34,971 bases of DNA from Anaerolineae bacterium (lineage in GTDB: Bacteria; Chloroflexota; Anaerolineae; S140-20): assembly GCA_027021705.1 (NCBI GenBank), contig JALUTT010000097.1:1-34971 (forward strand). The letters run 5' to 3'. The notes beneath the pieces were generated by a model that ran no database searches, was not told the DNA's origin, and was given only the letters and a program-made list of their open reading frames with translations. Positions within the stretch are counted from its first letter, which is position 1. Each line of letters opens with the position of its first letter. Below, piece by piece: positions 17,983 to 27,948 of this stretch. The position numbers were made by a program, and so were the translations under genes.

Positions 17983-19446
17983 ATGAGCCAGGTGAAAATT
18001 GACCGCAAGGCCCGGATGAAACTTCCTCACCAGCCCCTTCCCGAGCGGGATCCGGCGGAGCGCATCCACGACTTCCTGGAGATCTCGCCGGGCTACTCCC
18101 CGGAGGCTGCCCGGGCTGAAGCGGAGCGTTGCATCCACTGCCCTGACCCGGCCCCCTGTGTCAGGGCTTGTCCTCTGGACAACCCGATCCCTCAGGCGCT
18201 CTGGGAGATCGAACACGGAAACTTCATCGAAGCGGCTGAACTCTTCCGTTCGACCAACCCGATGCCTGAGATCTGCGGTCGGGTCTGCCCGGTGGAACCC
18301 CTCTGCCGTGAAGCCTGTGTGGTGGGCAAGCGGGGCGAGCCTGTGGCCATCACCCCGTTGGAGCGCTTCGTGGCCGACTATCAGCGGGAGATGGTGGGCG
18401 TACCCCTGCCCAGGAAGGCCCCGCCCACGGGCAAACGGGTCGCCGTGGTTGGGGCAGGGCCGGCCGGCCTGGCCGTGGCCGAGCGACTGACCATCGCCGG
18501 TCACGATGTCGTCGTCTACGATGCCTGGCCTTATCCCGGTGGGCTGCTAACCTACGGTCTGCCCAGCTTCAAGCTCTCTAAAGCCATCGTGCGCTGGAAA
18601 ATCGAGTGGTTGCAGGAGTTGGGGGTCACCTTTGTGACCAACATCCGGATCGGCGAGGCCCTGACGGTGGACGACCTGCTGGATCGGGAGGGCTTCGACG
18701 CCGTCTTCCTGGGGACTGGGGCCGGGGTGGATGCCCATCTCAACGTCCCTGGCGAGGACCTGGAGGGCGTCTACCACGCCACCCCCTTCCTGGTGCGGGC
18801 CAACACGCCTCCGGACCTGCTGCCCCGGAAGATGCGGGCCAGGCCCGCCGTCGGACGGCGGGTGGCTATCATCGGTGGTGGGGACACGGCGATGGATTGC
18901 GCCCGGACCGCGATGCGTCTGGGAGCCGAGGAGGTGACGGTCCTCTACCGCCGGACCGAGGCGGAGATGCCGGCGATCCCCGAAGAGCGCCTCCACGCGC
19001 GGGAGGAGGGAGTGCAGTTCGAGTACTTGACGGCCCCTACCCGCTTCATCGGCGACGAGGAGGGCCGCCTGGTGGCGATGGAGTGCGTGCGGATGGAGCT
19101 AGGGGAGCCTGACGCTTCGGGCCGCCGGCGCCCTATCCCTATCACCGGCTCCGAGTTCATCCTAGAGGTGGACACGGTGGTCCTGGCCCTGGGCTACTGG
19201 CCCGATCCCCTCATCGGGGAGACGACGCCGGGGCTGGAGACGCGCAAGTGGGGGCTCATCGTGGCCGACGAGGAGACGGGGCGGACCAGTCGCGAGGGGG
19301 TCTTCGCCGGGGGCGACAACATTCGTGGTCCCGACCTGGTGGTGACCGCCCTGGCCGACGGTGTACGGGCGGCTGAGGCCATAGACGCCTACCTGCAGGG
19401 GCAGCGGATGGAGACCGTGGAAGAAGAGATCCCGGAGCCGGCCTAG
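17983..19446 (+). CDS. GltD/NfnB(SudA)-like oxidoreductase, paralog 2
   Basis: SD AGGAGG; same Fe-S, FAD and NADPH motifs as paralog 1. Confidence 0.9.
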   Translation: MSQVKIDRKARMKLPHQPLPERDPAERIHDFLEISPGYSPEAARAEAERCIHCPDPAPCVRACPLDNPIPQALWEIEHGNFIEAAELFRSTNPMPEICGRVCPVEPLCREACVVGKRGEPVAITPLERFVADYQREMVGVPLPRKAPPTGKRVAVVGAGPAGLAVAERLTIAGHDVVVYDAWPYPGGLLTYGLPSFKLSKAIVRWKIEWLQELGVTFVTNIRIGEALTVDDLLDREGFDAVFLGTGAGVDAHLNVPGEDLEGVYHATPFLVRANTPPDLLPRKMRARPAVGRRVAIIGGGDTAMDCARTAMRLGAEEVTVLYRRTEAEMPAIPEERLHAREEGVQFEYLTAPTRFIGDEEGRLVAMECVRMELGEPDASGRRRPIPITGSEFILEVDTVVLALGYWPDPLIGETTPGLETRKWGLIVADEETGRTSREGVFAGGDNIRGPDLVVTALADGVRAAEAIDAYLQGQRMETVEEEIPEPA

Positions 19447-19455
19447 CACTTCATC

Positions 19456-19660
19456 ATCCGTTGACAGTAACCCGCCTGGGAACGGATAGCTGTCAGCGGA
19501 TTTGGGAACGGATTGAGCGGATGGGAGAGCACCCTCTTTCCGTTCAATCCGCTCTCCGAATCCGTTGACAGCAACCCGCTTGGAGCGGATTGAGCGGATG
19601 AGAGAGCACCCTCTTTCCGTTCAATCCGCTCTCCGAATCCGTTGACAGCACCCGCGGATG
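19456..19660. repeat. Palindromic CGGAT/ATCCG-periodic repeat with a 65 bp tandem duplication (period 77 bp)
   Basis: 19509-19573 and 19586-19650 differ at 1 base; ATCCGTTGACAG occurs three times; long imperfect hairpin at 19489-19572. Confidence 0.85.
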
Positions 19661-19678
19661 GCCGTCGGGAGGGAGAAA

Positions 19679-19711
19679 AGGTGCGACGCACGTCGGGCGT
19701 GCGTCGCACCT
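19679..19711. terminator. Hairpin between convergent genes (terminator or REP-like)
   Basis: 14 bp stem AGGTGCGACGCACG/CGTGCGTCGCACCT; CTTTT follows on the minus strand, after etfA. Confidence 0.65.
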
Positions 19712-19738
19712 CTGTCGTCTTGAGAGGAGCGCTCGACC

Positions 19739-20722
19739 TCAGCCCAGCCGCTCCTTGAAGGCTTTGGTCAGCGCCGGCACCACCTGGAAGAGGTCACCGA
19801 CGATGCCGTAGTGGGCCAGCTTGAAGATGGGCGCGTCGGGGTCCTTGTTGATGGCCACGATCACCTTGCTGGTGCGCATCCCCGCCTGGTGCTGGATGGC
19901 CCCGGAGATGCCGCAGGCGATGTAGAGGTCCGGGCTGACCGTCTTGCCCGTCTGGCCCACTTGGTGGGCGTAGGGGATCCAGCCGGCGTCCACGGCAGCC
20001 CGAGAAGCGCCTACGGCCCCGCCCAGCACCTCGGCCAGTTCCCGGATCACTTGGAAGCCCTCGGGGCCGCCCACGCCCCGCCCACCGGAGACGATGATGG
20101 AGGCATCGGTGAGGTTGACCTCCCCCTCGGCTGTGGTGAAGCCCGTGACCTTGTTCAGGATCTCATCCTCGGCCAGGACGGGCTCCACGGCGACGACTTC
20201 GCCGCTGCGGCCGGCGTCGGGCTCCGGGCGGGGGAAGGCCCGGGGCCGCGTGGTGATGATCTGGGGACGACGCTCCGGGATGCGACAGCGGGAGAGGAGC
20301 TTGCCGGCGTAGATGGGCCGAGTGGCGACGACGACGCCATCCTGGACCTCCAGCGCCGTCACGTCGGCGATGGCCCCCGTCTCCAGGTCCACGGCGACGG
20401 CGGGGGCCAGCTCACGCCCCCGGTTGGTGGCCGCCATCAGGAGAACGGCGGGATCGTGCTGGTGAGAGAGCTGGGCCAGTAGCGCCGCGTAGGGTTCGAC
20501 GCGGAAGTCGGCCAGGGTGCCATCGTCGGCCAGGAAGACCCGGTCCGCCCCGTGCTGGATCGCCTCCTGAGCCAATCCCTCCACTCCCTGTCCGAAGAGG
20601 CAGGCGACAACGGAGCCCCCCATCGCGTCGGCCAGGATGCGGGCAGCCCCCAACGCCTCCCAGGACGAAGGGAGGACCTGCCCCTGGAACTGCTCCAGCC
20701 ATACGAAGAGATCGTTGCTCAT
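19739..20722 (-). CDS. etfA: Electron transfer flavoprotein alpha subunit
   Basis: [40 protein letters not shown] and [11 protein letters not shown] motifs. Confidence 0.96.
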   Translation of the reverse strand: MSNDLFVWLEQFQGQVLPSSWEALGAARILADAMGGSVVACLFGQGVEGLAQEAIQHGADRVFLADDGTLADFRVEPYAALLAQLSHQHDPAVLLMAATNRGRELAPAVAVDLETGAIADVTALEVQDGVVVATRPIYAGKLLSRCRIPERRPQIITTRPRAFPRPEPDAGRSGEVVAVEPVLAEDEILNKVTGFTTAEGEVNLTDASIIVSGGRGVGGPEGFQVIRELAEVLGGAVGASRAAVDAGWIPYAHQVGQTGKTVSPDLYIACGISGAIQHQAGMRTSKVIVAINKDPDAPIFKLAHYGIVGDLFQVVPALTKAFKERLG

Positions 20723-20735
20723 CGCCTCCCTCCTC

Positions 20736-21533
20736 CTAGATCACCTTCTCGGCCAACAGCTTGTCGGCCAGGATGGCAGCTGCCTCTTCCACCGTATCGG
20801 CGGTGATGATCTCGCACTCGCCCTCGCGGGGCGGCGGCGCGAAGATCTCCGGCCACTCCACCGCCGAGCCGGCCCGTCCCACCTTCCCCGGCTCGACGCC
20901 CAACTCCTCGGCCGTCCAGACGGGGTAGGTCTTCTTGGCCGCCTTGCGGATGCCGATGAAGGAGGGATAGCGGGGCTCATTGATGTCCTTGACCGTCCCC
21001 ACCACGGCGGGCAGAGGGGCGGAGACGATCTGGCGGCCCTGCTCCAGCAGCCGCTCCACGGTAATCCGCTTCCCCTGGGGGTCTATCTCGACGACCTTGG
21101 AGACATAGGTCAGCGGCGACCAGCCCAGGCGGCGGGCCAGAGCCGGCCCCACCTGTCCCGTCTGGCTGTCAATGGTGGAGCGGCCCGTCAGGACCAGGTC
21201 CACATCCCCCAGCTTCTCGATGGCCCGAGCCAGCACGTAGCTGGTAGCCAGGGAGTCAGAGCCCTCGAAGCCCTCGTCCCAGAGGCGGATGGCCTCGTCG
21301 GCTCCCATAGCCACGGCGTGTTTGAGGGCCTCGCGGGCCTCCTCCGGCCCCATAGCGATCACCGTCACCTTGCCGCCGAACTTCTCCCTGAGCAACAGGG
21401 CCTCTTCGACGGCGTACTCGTCCCAGGGATTCATCACCAGGGGGGCGTCCCCCCAGGAGACGTTCCCGTCGGCGTCCACGCTCATCGTGGCTGCCGAGTC
21501 CGGCGTTTGTTTGGTACAGACGACGATGTGCAA
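20736..21533 (-). CDS. etfB: Electron transfer flavoprotein beta subunit
   Basis: (M)HIVVCTKQTPD, NPWDEYAVEEAL, DSQTGQVG and NEPRYPS motifs. The TTG at 21533 is 7 nt from AGGAGG, better spaced than the GTG at 21539. Confidence 0.95.
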   Translation of the reverse strand: MHIVVCTKQTPDSAATMSVDADGNVSWGDAPLVMNPWDEYAVEEALLLREKFGGKVTVIAMGPEEAREALKHAVAMGADEAIRLWDEGFEGSDSLATSYVLARAIEKLGDVDLVLTGRSTIDSQTGQVGPALARRLGWSPLTYVSKVVEIDPQGKRITVERLLEQGRQIVSAPLPAVVGTVKDINEPRYPSFIGIRKAAKKTYPVWTAEELGVEPGKVGRAGSAVEWPEIFAPPPREGECEIITADTVEEAAAILADKLLAEKVI

Positions 21534-21566
21534 GGTCACACCTCCTGTTTGGTCTTGTGGTTGGTT

Positions 21567-21634
21567 AGTCCACAGTCCTCAGTCCACAGTCCTCAGTCCA
21601 CAGTCGGCGGTCGGCGGTCCGTCGCCGGCGGTCG
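21567..21634. repeat. Heptamer tandem repeat array (AGTCCAC/AGTCCTC grading into GGTCGGC)
   Basis: AGTCCAC AGTCCTC AGTCCAC AGTCCTC AGTCCAC AGTCGGC GGTCGGC GGTCCGT... Confidence 0.85.
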
Positions 21635-22861
21635 TCAAGTGCCCCCATCGCCTTCCTCCCCCCAGAAGCGGGGATCATAGGCCGGGAGTTCGCAGCGCAG
21701 GGGTTTGTCGCGGCGGTAGCCCAGGGCATAGCCGGCCTGCAGGAGTTCGTGGATCTGGCTGGTCCCCTCGTAGATGCAGGCTCCTTTGGCGTTGCGCAGG
21801 TAGCGTTCGACGTCGTACTCGTCGGAGTAGCCGTAGGCGCCGTGGATCTGGACGGCATCGGAGGCGGCCTGGAAGCTGGCCTCGGTGGCGAACCACTTGG
21901 CCAGGGAGGTCTCCCGGGTGTTCCGTCGGCCCTGGTTCTTCAGCCAGCCCACCCGCAGGTAGAGCAGCCGGGCCATCTCGTAGTCCCGGACCATCCGGGC
22001 GATCATCTGCTGGACGAGTTGGTGCTCGGCGATGGGCCGGCCAAAGGTCTCCCGCTCCCGGGCGTAGCGCACCGAGGCCTCCAGGCAAGCCCGGATCAGG
22101 CCGGTGGCCCCGGCGGCGACGGTGTAGCGCCCGTTGTCCAGACAGGACATGGCGATCTTGAAGCCCTCCCCCTCTTCGCCCAGCCGATTCTCCACGGGCA
22201 CCTCGACGTCCTGCAGGTGAATCCAGCCGGTGCTGCCGGCCCGCACCCCCAGCTTGCCCTTGATGTCGCCGGTGGTGACGCCGGCCATCTCCCGCTCCAC
22301 GATGAAGGCACTGATCCCCCGGTGGGGCGGGGTGGCCTGAGGGTTCGTCTTGGCGAAGATGAGGAAGTTGTGGGCCAGGGAAGCCAGGCTGATCCAGGTC
22401 TTCTCGCCGTTGAGGATGTAGACATCGCCTTCACGGCGGGCGGTGGTCTGGATGGCCGCTGCGTCGGAGCCGGCCCCCGGTTCGGTAAGGGCGTAGGCAG
22501 CGTAGCGTTCTCCCCGAGCCTGGGGAACGAGGAAGCGCTCCTTCTGGGCCTCGGTGCCCCATTGCAGGAGTCCCAGGCTGTTGAGGGCCACGTGGACGCT
22601 CATCACGACCCGAAGGGAGGTGTCCACCCGCTCCAACTCCTCGCAAGCCAACCCCAGGCTGATGTAGTCCATCCCTTGGCCCCCATAGCGCACGGGGATG
22701 CATATGCCCAGGAGCCCTACGTCGGCCATACGGAGCAGGAGGTTGGGGATAGGTTCGTGACGACGGTCGTACTCCTTGATCAGGGGGGCGATCTCGTTCT
22801 CGGCGAAATCGCGCACCGCTTGTTGAACCATCCGGTGCTCTTCGCTCAGCGCGAAATCCAT
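21635..22861 (-). CDS. Acyl-CoA dehydrogenase
   Basis: MDFALSEEH start; [31 protein letters not shown] and IYEGTSQI motifs. Confidence 0.95.
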   Translation of the reverse strand: MDFALSEEHRMVQQAVRDFAENEIAPLIKEYDRRHEPIPNLLLRMADVGLLGICIPVRYGGQGMDYISLGLACEELERVDTSLRVVMSVHVALNSLGLLQWGTEAQKERFLVPQARGERYAAYALTEPGAGSDAAAIQTTARREGDVYILNGEKTWISLASLAHNFLIFAKTNPQATPPHRGISAFIVEREMAGVTTGDIKGKLGVRAGSTGWIHLQDVEVPVENRLGEEGEGFKIAMSCLDNGRYTVAAGATGLIRACLEASVRYARERETFGRPIAEHQLVQQMIARMVRDYEMARLLYLRVGWLKNQGRRNTRETSLAKWFATEASFQAASDAVQIHGAYGYSDEYDVERYLRNAKGACIYEGTSQIHELLQAGYALGYRRDKPLRCELPAYDPRFWGEEGDGGT

Positions 22862-22910
22862 GGGGGATACCTCGGTCGGTTGGTGGAGGAGATGGCGAAG
22901 GAAACCGTCC

Positions 22911-23004
22911 CCCTCCCGCAGGTCACGCAGTGCCCGGCGACAGCAATGACTTATCGGAAGCTGCCTATGACACACTTCAGGCCGTGGGGGGAACCTGCAG
23001 GAGG
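22911..23004. mobile_element. MITE-like element family A, copy 2 (in the 5' UTR of acd-etfBA)
   Basis: CCTCCCGCAGG...CCTGCAGGAGG ends; alignable over its full length with 23108-23201. Confidence 0.7.
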
Positions 23005-23034
23005 ATCCATAGGTCAAACCACTGGTCAGTGACT

Positions 23035-23063
23035 ATTATACCCAAAAACGGTCCAGATTGCAA
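23035..23063 (-). promoter_or_regulatory. sigma70 promoter of the acd-etfB-etfA operon
   Basis: TTGCAA - 17 bp - TATAAT on the minus strand. Confidence 0.75.
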
Positions 23064-23106
23064 CAAGTTTCACAGGTGACCCAGGGCTTTTCAAGGCTCA
23101 AACGTT

Positions 23107-23202
23107 ACCCTCCCGCAGGTCCCGCGGTGCCCGGCATCGCCATAGCTTGTCGGAGGCGGCCTATGACGCGCTTTAGGCCGTGGGGAGGGCCTGCGGGAGG
23201 GT
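23107..23202. mobile_element. MITE-like element family A, copy 3
   Basis: 13 bp perfect TIR ACCCTCCCGCAGG/CCTGCGGGAGGGT. Confidence 0.7.
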
Positions 23203-23232
23203 TCCCCCCAAGGGTGAGAGCGCTGAAAAGCC

Positions 23233-23703
23233 CTACAGGTGACCACTCTCGATGTAGGCTTTGAACCCCTCCAGGGCAGCCTGTTGGGCCCGGCGCCAGC
23301 GGCGGATCAGGAGGAGAAAGCGGTATAAGGGAACCAGGCGGCCGTAGAAGAGGTCCTGGCTGGTCAGACGGGTACCCTCGGGTGTGGGCTCGAAGAGGTA
23401 GCCGTGGGTGCCCTGGATGCCGGCTCCCTGCCAGTCCCAGGCCACCCCTTCGCCGAAACGGACCTCGCGGACGGTGGCGGTGAGGGTGACCTGGTGCAAG
23501 GGGAAGCCAAGGAGGAAGCCGTAGCGGAACTGGGCCCCTGGCACCCAGGGCTGGTCGGTCAGCCACTCCAGTTCTGTCAGCCCTACGTACCAGTGACGCC
23601 AGGCGGCTTCGTTGGTGAAGGCGGTCCAGAGGACTTCCGGCGAGGCGGCAATCTCGACCACCGCCTCGGCCCGAGCACGGGGCTTGGGGCCTTTGCTGCG
23701 CAT
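23233..23703 (-). CDS. SRPBCC (polyketide cyclase/dehydrase-like) protein
   Basis: VEIAASPEVLW..F.....W..W, G.GTRLT and C-terminal helix LEGFKAYIE. Confidence 0.85.
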   Translation of the reverse strand: MRSKGPKPRARAEAVVEIAASPEVLWTAFTNEAAWRHWYVGLTELEWLTDQPWVPGAQFRYGFLLGFPLHQVTLTATVREVRFGEGVAWDWQGAGIQGTHGYLFEPTPEGTRLTSQDLFYGRLVPLYRFLLLIRRWRRAQQAALEGFKAYIESGHL

Positions 23704-23763
23704 CTTTCCCCCCTTGAGACGAAGAAAAGTCTGCCGGGGTGTCCTGGGCACACCCGGCGGCTC

Positions 23764-23792
23764 ATTGTAACCGCCTTCGGAGGAAAAGTCAA
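23764..23792 (-). promoter_or_regulatory. sigma70 promoter for the SRPBCC gene
   Basis: TTGACT - 17 bp - TACAAT on the minus strand. Confidence 0.75.
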
Positions 23793-23820
23793 ATGGGTAG
23801 ATGGGCGAGCCCTTTGGAAA

Positions 23821-23852
23821 GTGCAGGGGCGACCCAGAGGTCGCCCCTGCAC
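23821..23852. repeat. REP-like palindrome
   Basis: GTGCAGGGGCGACC-CAGA-GGTCGCCCCTGCAC, a 14 bp stem. Confidence 0.65.
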
Positions 23853-23881
23853 GAACCTGTGGTGATCGCACCCAGTCCCCA

Positions 23882-24673
23882 TCACGGTTTGAAGATCCCC
23901 AAGATGGCGGTGGCGTGGAGGCCCCCTTCGTCATCTTGGTAGCCCTGCACCAGAAGCATCTGTCCCGGCATCAGGTCGGCGAGGGAGGGCGATTCGATCC
24001 CTCGGAGGTGGAGACGGGTCTGCTCATCGGTCTGGAAGCGCAGCTCGATCCACTGGGCCTGCAGCCGCAGGGTATCCCCCTCCACGGCGATCAGCCGACC
24101 GCGGATCGCCCCCCGCCGGCCCTCGTCGTCCCACACGAGGGCGATCTGTCGCGCTTGGACGGCCTTCTTCCCCGCCCGGTATCCCTGCACCAGTATCCGG
24201 TCACCGGGGGAGAGGTCTTCCAGACCAGGTGTGGCTATGCCGGGGACGAGGAACTCGGTTGCCTCGCCCACCGTCACCGTGATGGTGCCGCGCCGGGTCT
24301 CTAGGGTCAGGGTCTCCTCTGCAACGCTGGTGATCTTGCCCTGCAGACGCAGGGGGCGGGATGGCCGTGCGATCACCAGGCGGGCCTGGAAGCGGTCCCC
24401 ATCTTCCCACGTCCCCCGCGCCAGCAGCCTCATTCCCGGTTCCAGGTCCTGCAGGCTCGCCTGAGGCCGGCCCGCCAGTCGGAAGCGGGTCGTCTCCTCG
24501 GTGATAAGGGTCACCTGGCCCTGGCGGGTCTGCACCTGGATGACGGTCTCCTCCACAGAGAGCACCCGACCGCGTAGCACGCCCTGTCGGGGCTCTTGGG
24601 CCGCTACCGGCGTGGCAGCCGTCAGCAGAGGAAGCAGGAGCAACAGGGACAGCACCTCTCGGATCCATCGCAT
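23882..24673 (-). CDS. Secreted protein with three DUF5666-like beta-barrel repeats
   Basis: SD AGGAGG; signal peptide; three repeats of G.I..VE..TL......T.F......L.DL.PG....V.G.......A..I. Confidence 0.8.
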   Translation of the reverse strand: MRWIREVLSLLLLLPLLTAATPVAAQEPRQGVLRGRVLSVEETVIQVQTRQGQVTLITEETTRFRLAGRPQASLQDLEPGMRLLARGTWEDGDRFQARLVIARPSRPLRLQGKITSVAEETLTLETRRGTITVTVGEATEFLVPGIATPGLEDLSPGDRILVQGYRAGKKAVQARQIALVWDDEGRRGAIRGRLIAVEGDTLRLQAQWIELRFQTDEQTRLHLRGIESPSLADLMPGQMLLVQGYQDDEGGLHATAILGIFKP

Positions 24674-24918
24674 CGGCTCACCTCCTGATGTAAGCTATGT
24701 ACGCTGCTTTCTGCCCACTCACTTCCGCCCTTCTTGCTCTCTCGCGCGTCCTTAAGCCGCCTCCCCCCATCCATCCTCAAGGATGCCGGGGAGATGTTGC
24801 CGGAAGATTGCCGATGTGTAAAGAAAGTGCAAAATTCGGCCCGTCGAAGGCCGGGGCTTTTCAACGCTCAAGCAAGCTCCCGATTCCCGAAGTCTCCGCG
24901 AGATGCCGTCCTCTCCCT

Positions 24919-24947
24919 TTGACGATTCGCCGTTCCGTTGTTATACT
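24919..24947 (+). promoter_or_regulatory. sigma70 promoter upstream of the HEPN remnant and P1B ATPase
   Basis: TTGACG - 17 bp - TATACT with an extended TGn -10. Confidence 0.8.
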
Positions 24948-25004
24948 GAGCGGAAGGGGGTAAGTTCTGACGCCTATAGGGCGTCAGAGATGGGGAGGTG
25001 GAGG

Positions 25005-25229
25005 GTGGAAGAACCGACTCTCCTGTCGCGTGCTGATGAAATCGTGGTGGCCTACAGCGCGAGGCCCCACATCCGGGCCAGCTACGGGGATGAACAGGCG
25101 TTTCGCTCGCCTTGGGAGCGCTTTGGGGAGAGAGAGACCCGTGATGGCGTTGAGGCTGCCCGCCGATGTCTGGAGACGGCGAGCGCAATCTACGACCACT
25201 TCTTTGGGGAGAGGCAAGAAGATGGGTGA
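25005..25229 (+). pseudogene. C-terminal remnant of a HEPN-domain protein
   Basis: [36 protein letters not shown] resembles the HEPN C-terminal YG..E...P...F....A..A...A pattern; the N-terminal half is absent. Confidence 0.55.
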
Positions 25230-27501
25230 ACTTGGGGCTGCGACCACGCTGCATCTCAAAATCGGCGGCATGTCCTGCTCCTTTTGCACCGAGACCATCC
25301 GCCGGGCCTACCGTCGCCTGGAAGGCGTGCGGGCAGTCCACGTCAGCCTCTCCCACGAGGAGGCGCTGATCCGCTACGACCCCCGCCTGGTCACGCCGAC
25401 GACGCTGCGGGAGGTGCTGCGGGAGCTGGGCTACACCGTGCGCGACCCCCGTAAGGTCCGCGCCTTCGAGGAGCAGGAGGCGGAACTGCGCCGGGAGCGC
25501 CGTCGGCTGATGGTGGCCGGCTCCCTCACCGCTCTCAGCGCCGGCCTGATGCTGGCCTCCTGGCTTCGGCCGGCCCCTTGGGCGGTCCTGCAGCCCCTTA
25601 TGCTCCTCCTGATGCCCCTCCTGGCGGTGATCACCGTCTTCGGCCCCGGCCTCTACATCCTGAAGATGGCCTACCACGCCCTGCGGCGGGGCATCCTGAA
25701 CCAGCACGTCCTGCTGGAGTTGGGGGCCTTCGCCGGCCTCCTCGGCGGAACGCTGGGGCTGGCGGGGCGCTTCCTGGCCCTGCCGGCCCTCCGGTTCCCG
25801 GCCGCCGACTTCTTCGCCGTCTCCACCTTCGTCACCACCTACCACATCCTCTCCGGCTACGCCTCCCTCCTGGTGCGCACCCGGGCCTCCCAGGCGGTGC
25901 GTCGTCTGCTGGACCTGCAACCGGCCACGGCGCGGGTGATCCGGGACGGCGAGGAGGTCGAGCTCCCGGTGGAAGAGGTGCAGCCCGGCGACCGGGTGCG
26001 GGTCCGCCCCGGCGAGAGCATCCCCGTGGATGGCCGCGTCGTGGCCGGGGTCTCCAGCGTGGACGAGAGCCTGGTCACCGGTGAGCCCCTGCCGGTGAGG
26101 AAGCAGGAGGGCGACGAGGTGATCGGCGGCTCCCTGAACCAGTCGGGAACGCTGGTGGTCGAGGTGACCCGGGTGGGCGAGGAGAGCTTCCTGCAGCAGG
26201 TGGCCCGCTACATCGAGGAGGCGCGGGCGATGAAGCCGGGCATCTTGGCCCTGGTGGACCGGGTGCTGGCGGTCTACGTACCCGCCGTCCTGGGGTTCGC
26301 CCTCCTCGCCTTCCTGCTCTGGACCGGGGGAGCCTGGCTGGTGACGGGCCGGATGGACCTGCCCCGGGCCATCTACGCTGCCCTGGCCGTCTTCGTGATG
26401 GGCTACCCCTGCGCCCTGGGGATGGCCACCCCCTTGGCGATGATCCGGGGCGGGGGCGAGGCCGCCCGGCGGGGCATCCTGATGCGCTCCGGCGAGGCCT
26501 TTCAGGTCTTCAAGGACGTGACCCACGTGCTGTTGGACAAGACGGGGACGATCACCAAGGGGAGGCCGGAGGTCACGGAGGTCCTGGCGGTTCCCTCGCC
26601 CAAAGGCGCCGGGGCAGGGGAGGAGACGGTGTTGAGGCTGGCGGCCAGCGTCGAGAACGCCTCGGAGCATCCCCTGGGCCGGGCCATCGTGGACCACGCC
26701 CGCCGGCGGAGGATCGCCCTGGCCGGGGTGCAGGACTTCCGGGCGCTGCCGGGGCGGGGAGTGGAAGCCCGCTTGGAGGGGCAGACCGTTTTCGTCGGCA
26801 GCCCGGCCTTCTTCGCCGAGCGGGGGGCGGACCTGACCCCGGTCCGGGCAGACTTGGAACGCTTGCAGGCGGAGGCCAGGACGGTTGTGCTCGTGGGAGT
26901 GGCGACGGAAGAGGGGCGGCCGACGGTCGTCGGCCTGGTCGCCATCGCCGATCCGGTCAAGGAAGACGCCCGGGAGGCCATCGCCCGAATGAGGGCGGTG
27001 GGGCTGGAGCCGGTGATGATCACCGGCGACCACGAGCGGACGGCGTGGGCGGTGGCCTCGGCGGTGGGGATCGAGCGGGTCCTGGCCCAGGTGCTGCCCG
27101 GCGAGAAGGCGGAGCAGGTACGGGCCCTCCAGGCCCAGGGCCATCGGGTGGCGATGGTGGGTGATGGCATCAACGACGCACCGGCCCTGATGCAGGCCGA
27201 CGTGGGCATTGCCATCGGGGCCGGGACGGACATCGCCATCGAGTCCTCCGACGTGATCTTGGTCCAGGACCGGCTGAGCGGGGTGGTGGATGCCTATCAG
27301 ATCGGCCGGCGCGCCTACCGCAAGACGGTGCAGAACCTGGCCCTCGCCTTCGCCTTCAACGGCGTCGGCGTTCCCCTGGCGGTCACGGGGCTGGTTCACC
27401 CCGTCTGGGCGATGGTGGCGATGGTCCTCAGCGTCAGCGCCGTGCTGCTCAACGCCTTCGCCGGCCGGGGGAGCCGCCGCCGGCCCGGTGCGCGGCGCTG
27501 A
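25222..27501 (+). CDS. Heavy-metal translocating P1B-type ATPase (CopA-like)
   Basis: [22 protein letters not shown] (Tyr-Pro-Cys) in TM6, DKTGT, SEHP and GDGINDAP. Confidence 0.92.
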   Translation: MGELGAATTLHLKIGGMSCSFCTETIRRAYRRLEGVRAVHVSLSHEEALIRYDPRLVTPTTLREVLRELGYTVRDPRKVRAFEEQEAELRRERRRLMVAGSLTALSAGLMLASWLRPAPWAVLQPLMLLLMPLLAVITVFGPGLYILKMAYHALRRGILNQHVLLELGAFAGLLGGTLGLAGRFLALPALRFPAADFFAVSTFVTTYHILSGYASLLVRTRASQAVRRLLDLQPATARVIRDGEEVELPVEEVQPGDRVRVRPGESIPVDGRVVAGVSSVDESLVTGEPLPVRKQEGDEVIGGSLNQSGTLVVEVTRVGEESFLQQVARYIEEARAMKPGILALVDRVLAVYVPAVLGFALLAFLLWTGGAWLVTGRMDLPRAIYAALAVFVMGYPCALGMATPLAMIRGGGEAARRGILMRSGEAFQVFKDVTHVLLDKTGTITKGRPEVTEVLAVPSPKGAGAGEETVLRLAASVENASEHPLGRAIVDHARRRRIALAGVQDFRALPGRGVEARLEGQTVFVGSPAFFAERGADLTPVRADLERLQAEARTVVLVGVATEEGRPTVVGLVAIADPVKEDAREAIARMRAVGLEPVMITGDHERTAWAVASAVGIERVLAQVLPGEKAEQVRALQAQGHRVAMVGDGINDAPALMQADVGIAIGAGTDIAIESSDVILVQDRLSGVVDAYQIGRRAYRKTVQNLALAFAFNGVGVPLAVTGLVHPVWAMVAMVLSVSAVLLNAFAGRGSRRRPGARR

Positions 27502-27723
27502 CCCCCTGCGCTGTTCGTGTCCTTAGTGGCCTTGGTGTCCTTCGTGCTCTGCGTGCGCCGGCCCGATGCACGGCGCTGACCCCCGCGCTGAGCGGGCAAC
27601 CCCGGCGGTCGGCGGTCGGCCGTCGGCGGTCGGCTATCGGCGGAGCTTGCCCCTTTCCCTCCGGTGGCGCTTCGTGCCCTTGGTGTCCTTGGTGCCCTTC
27701 GTGCTCCACGTGCAGAGGAGAAG

Positions 27724-27948
27724 ATGGCCGGAATGACTTCCGCCCAAGCGAAAGCCTTCCGCGATCGCTGGCAGGCTGTAAACGCGGTCGAGATGGAGGA
27801 GCGTAGAAGGAGCTCCATAGAGTTGCGCTGGCGGCAACTGAACGCCCTGTGGTGCTTGGCGGCCGGCCTTGGCCTCTTGCCTGGGGAAGCGGAAGGCGTG
27901 AGGGAGGTTCGGGAGCGTTGGGCCAGGCTGAAGGGGCATAGCCTATGA
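27724..27948 (+). CDS. Small hypothetical protein, putative antitoxin or partner of the nucleotidyltransferase
   Basis: SD GAGGAG; 74 aa helical protein (RW..VN..E..E.R....E.RW.QL...VRERWARLK); ATGA overlap with the next ORF. Confidence 0.65.
   Translation: MAGMTSAQAKAFRDRWQAVNAVEMEERRRSSIELRWRQLNALWCLAAGLGLLPGEAEGVREVRERWARLKGHSL

Noticed and set aside
19461..19647. Three TTGACA hexamers as promoters
   Set aside because: They are parts of the repeat unit, with no -10 box at the proper spacing.
19456..19660. Possible CRISPR array
   Set aside because: The intervening sequences are duplicated rather than unique spacers, the periods are irregular (104 and 77 bp), and there are no cas genes.
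24944..24963. CsoR copper operator upstream of the ATPase
   Set aside because: A GGGGGTA half is present but there is no properly spaced TACC half-site.
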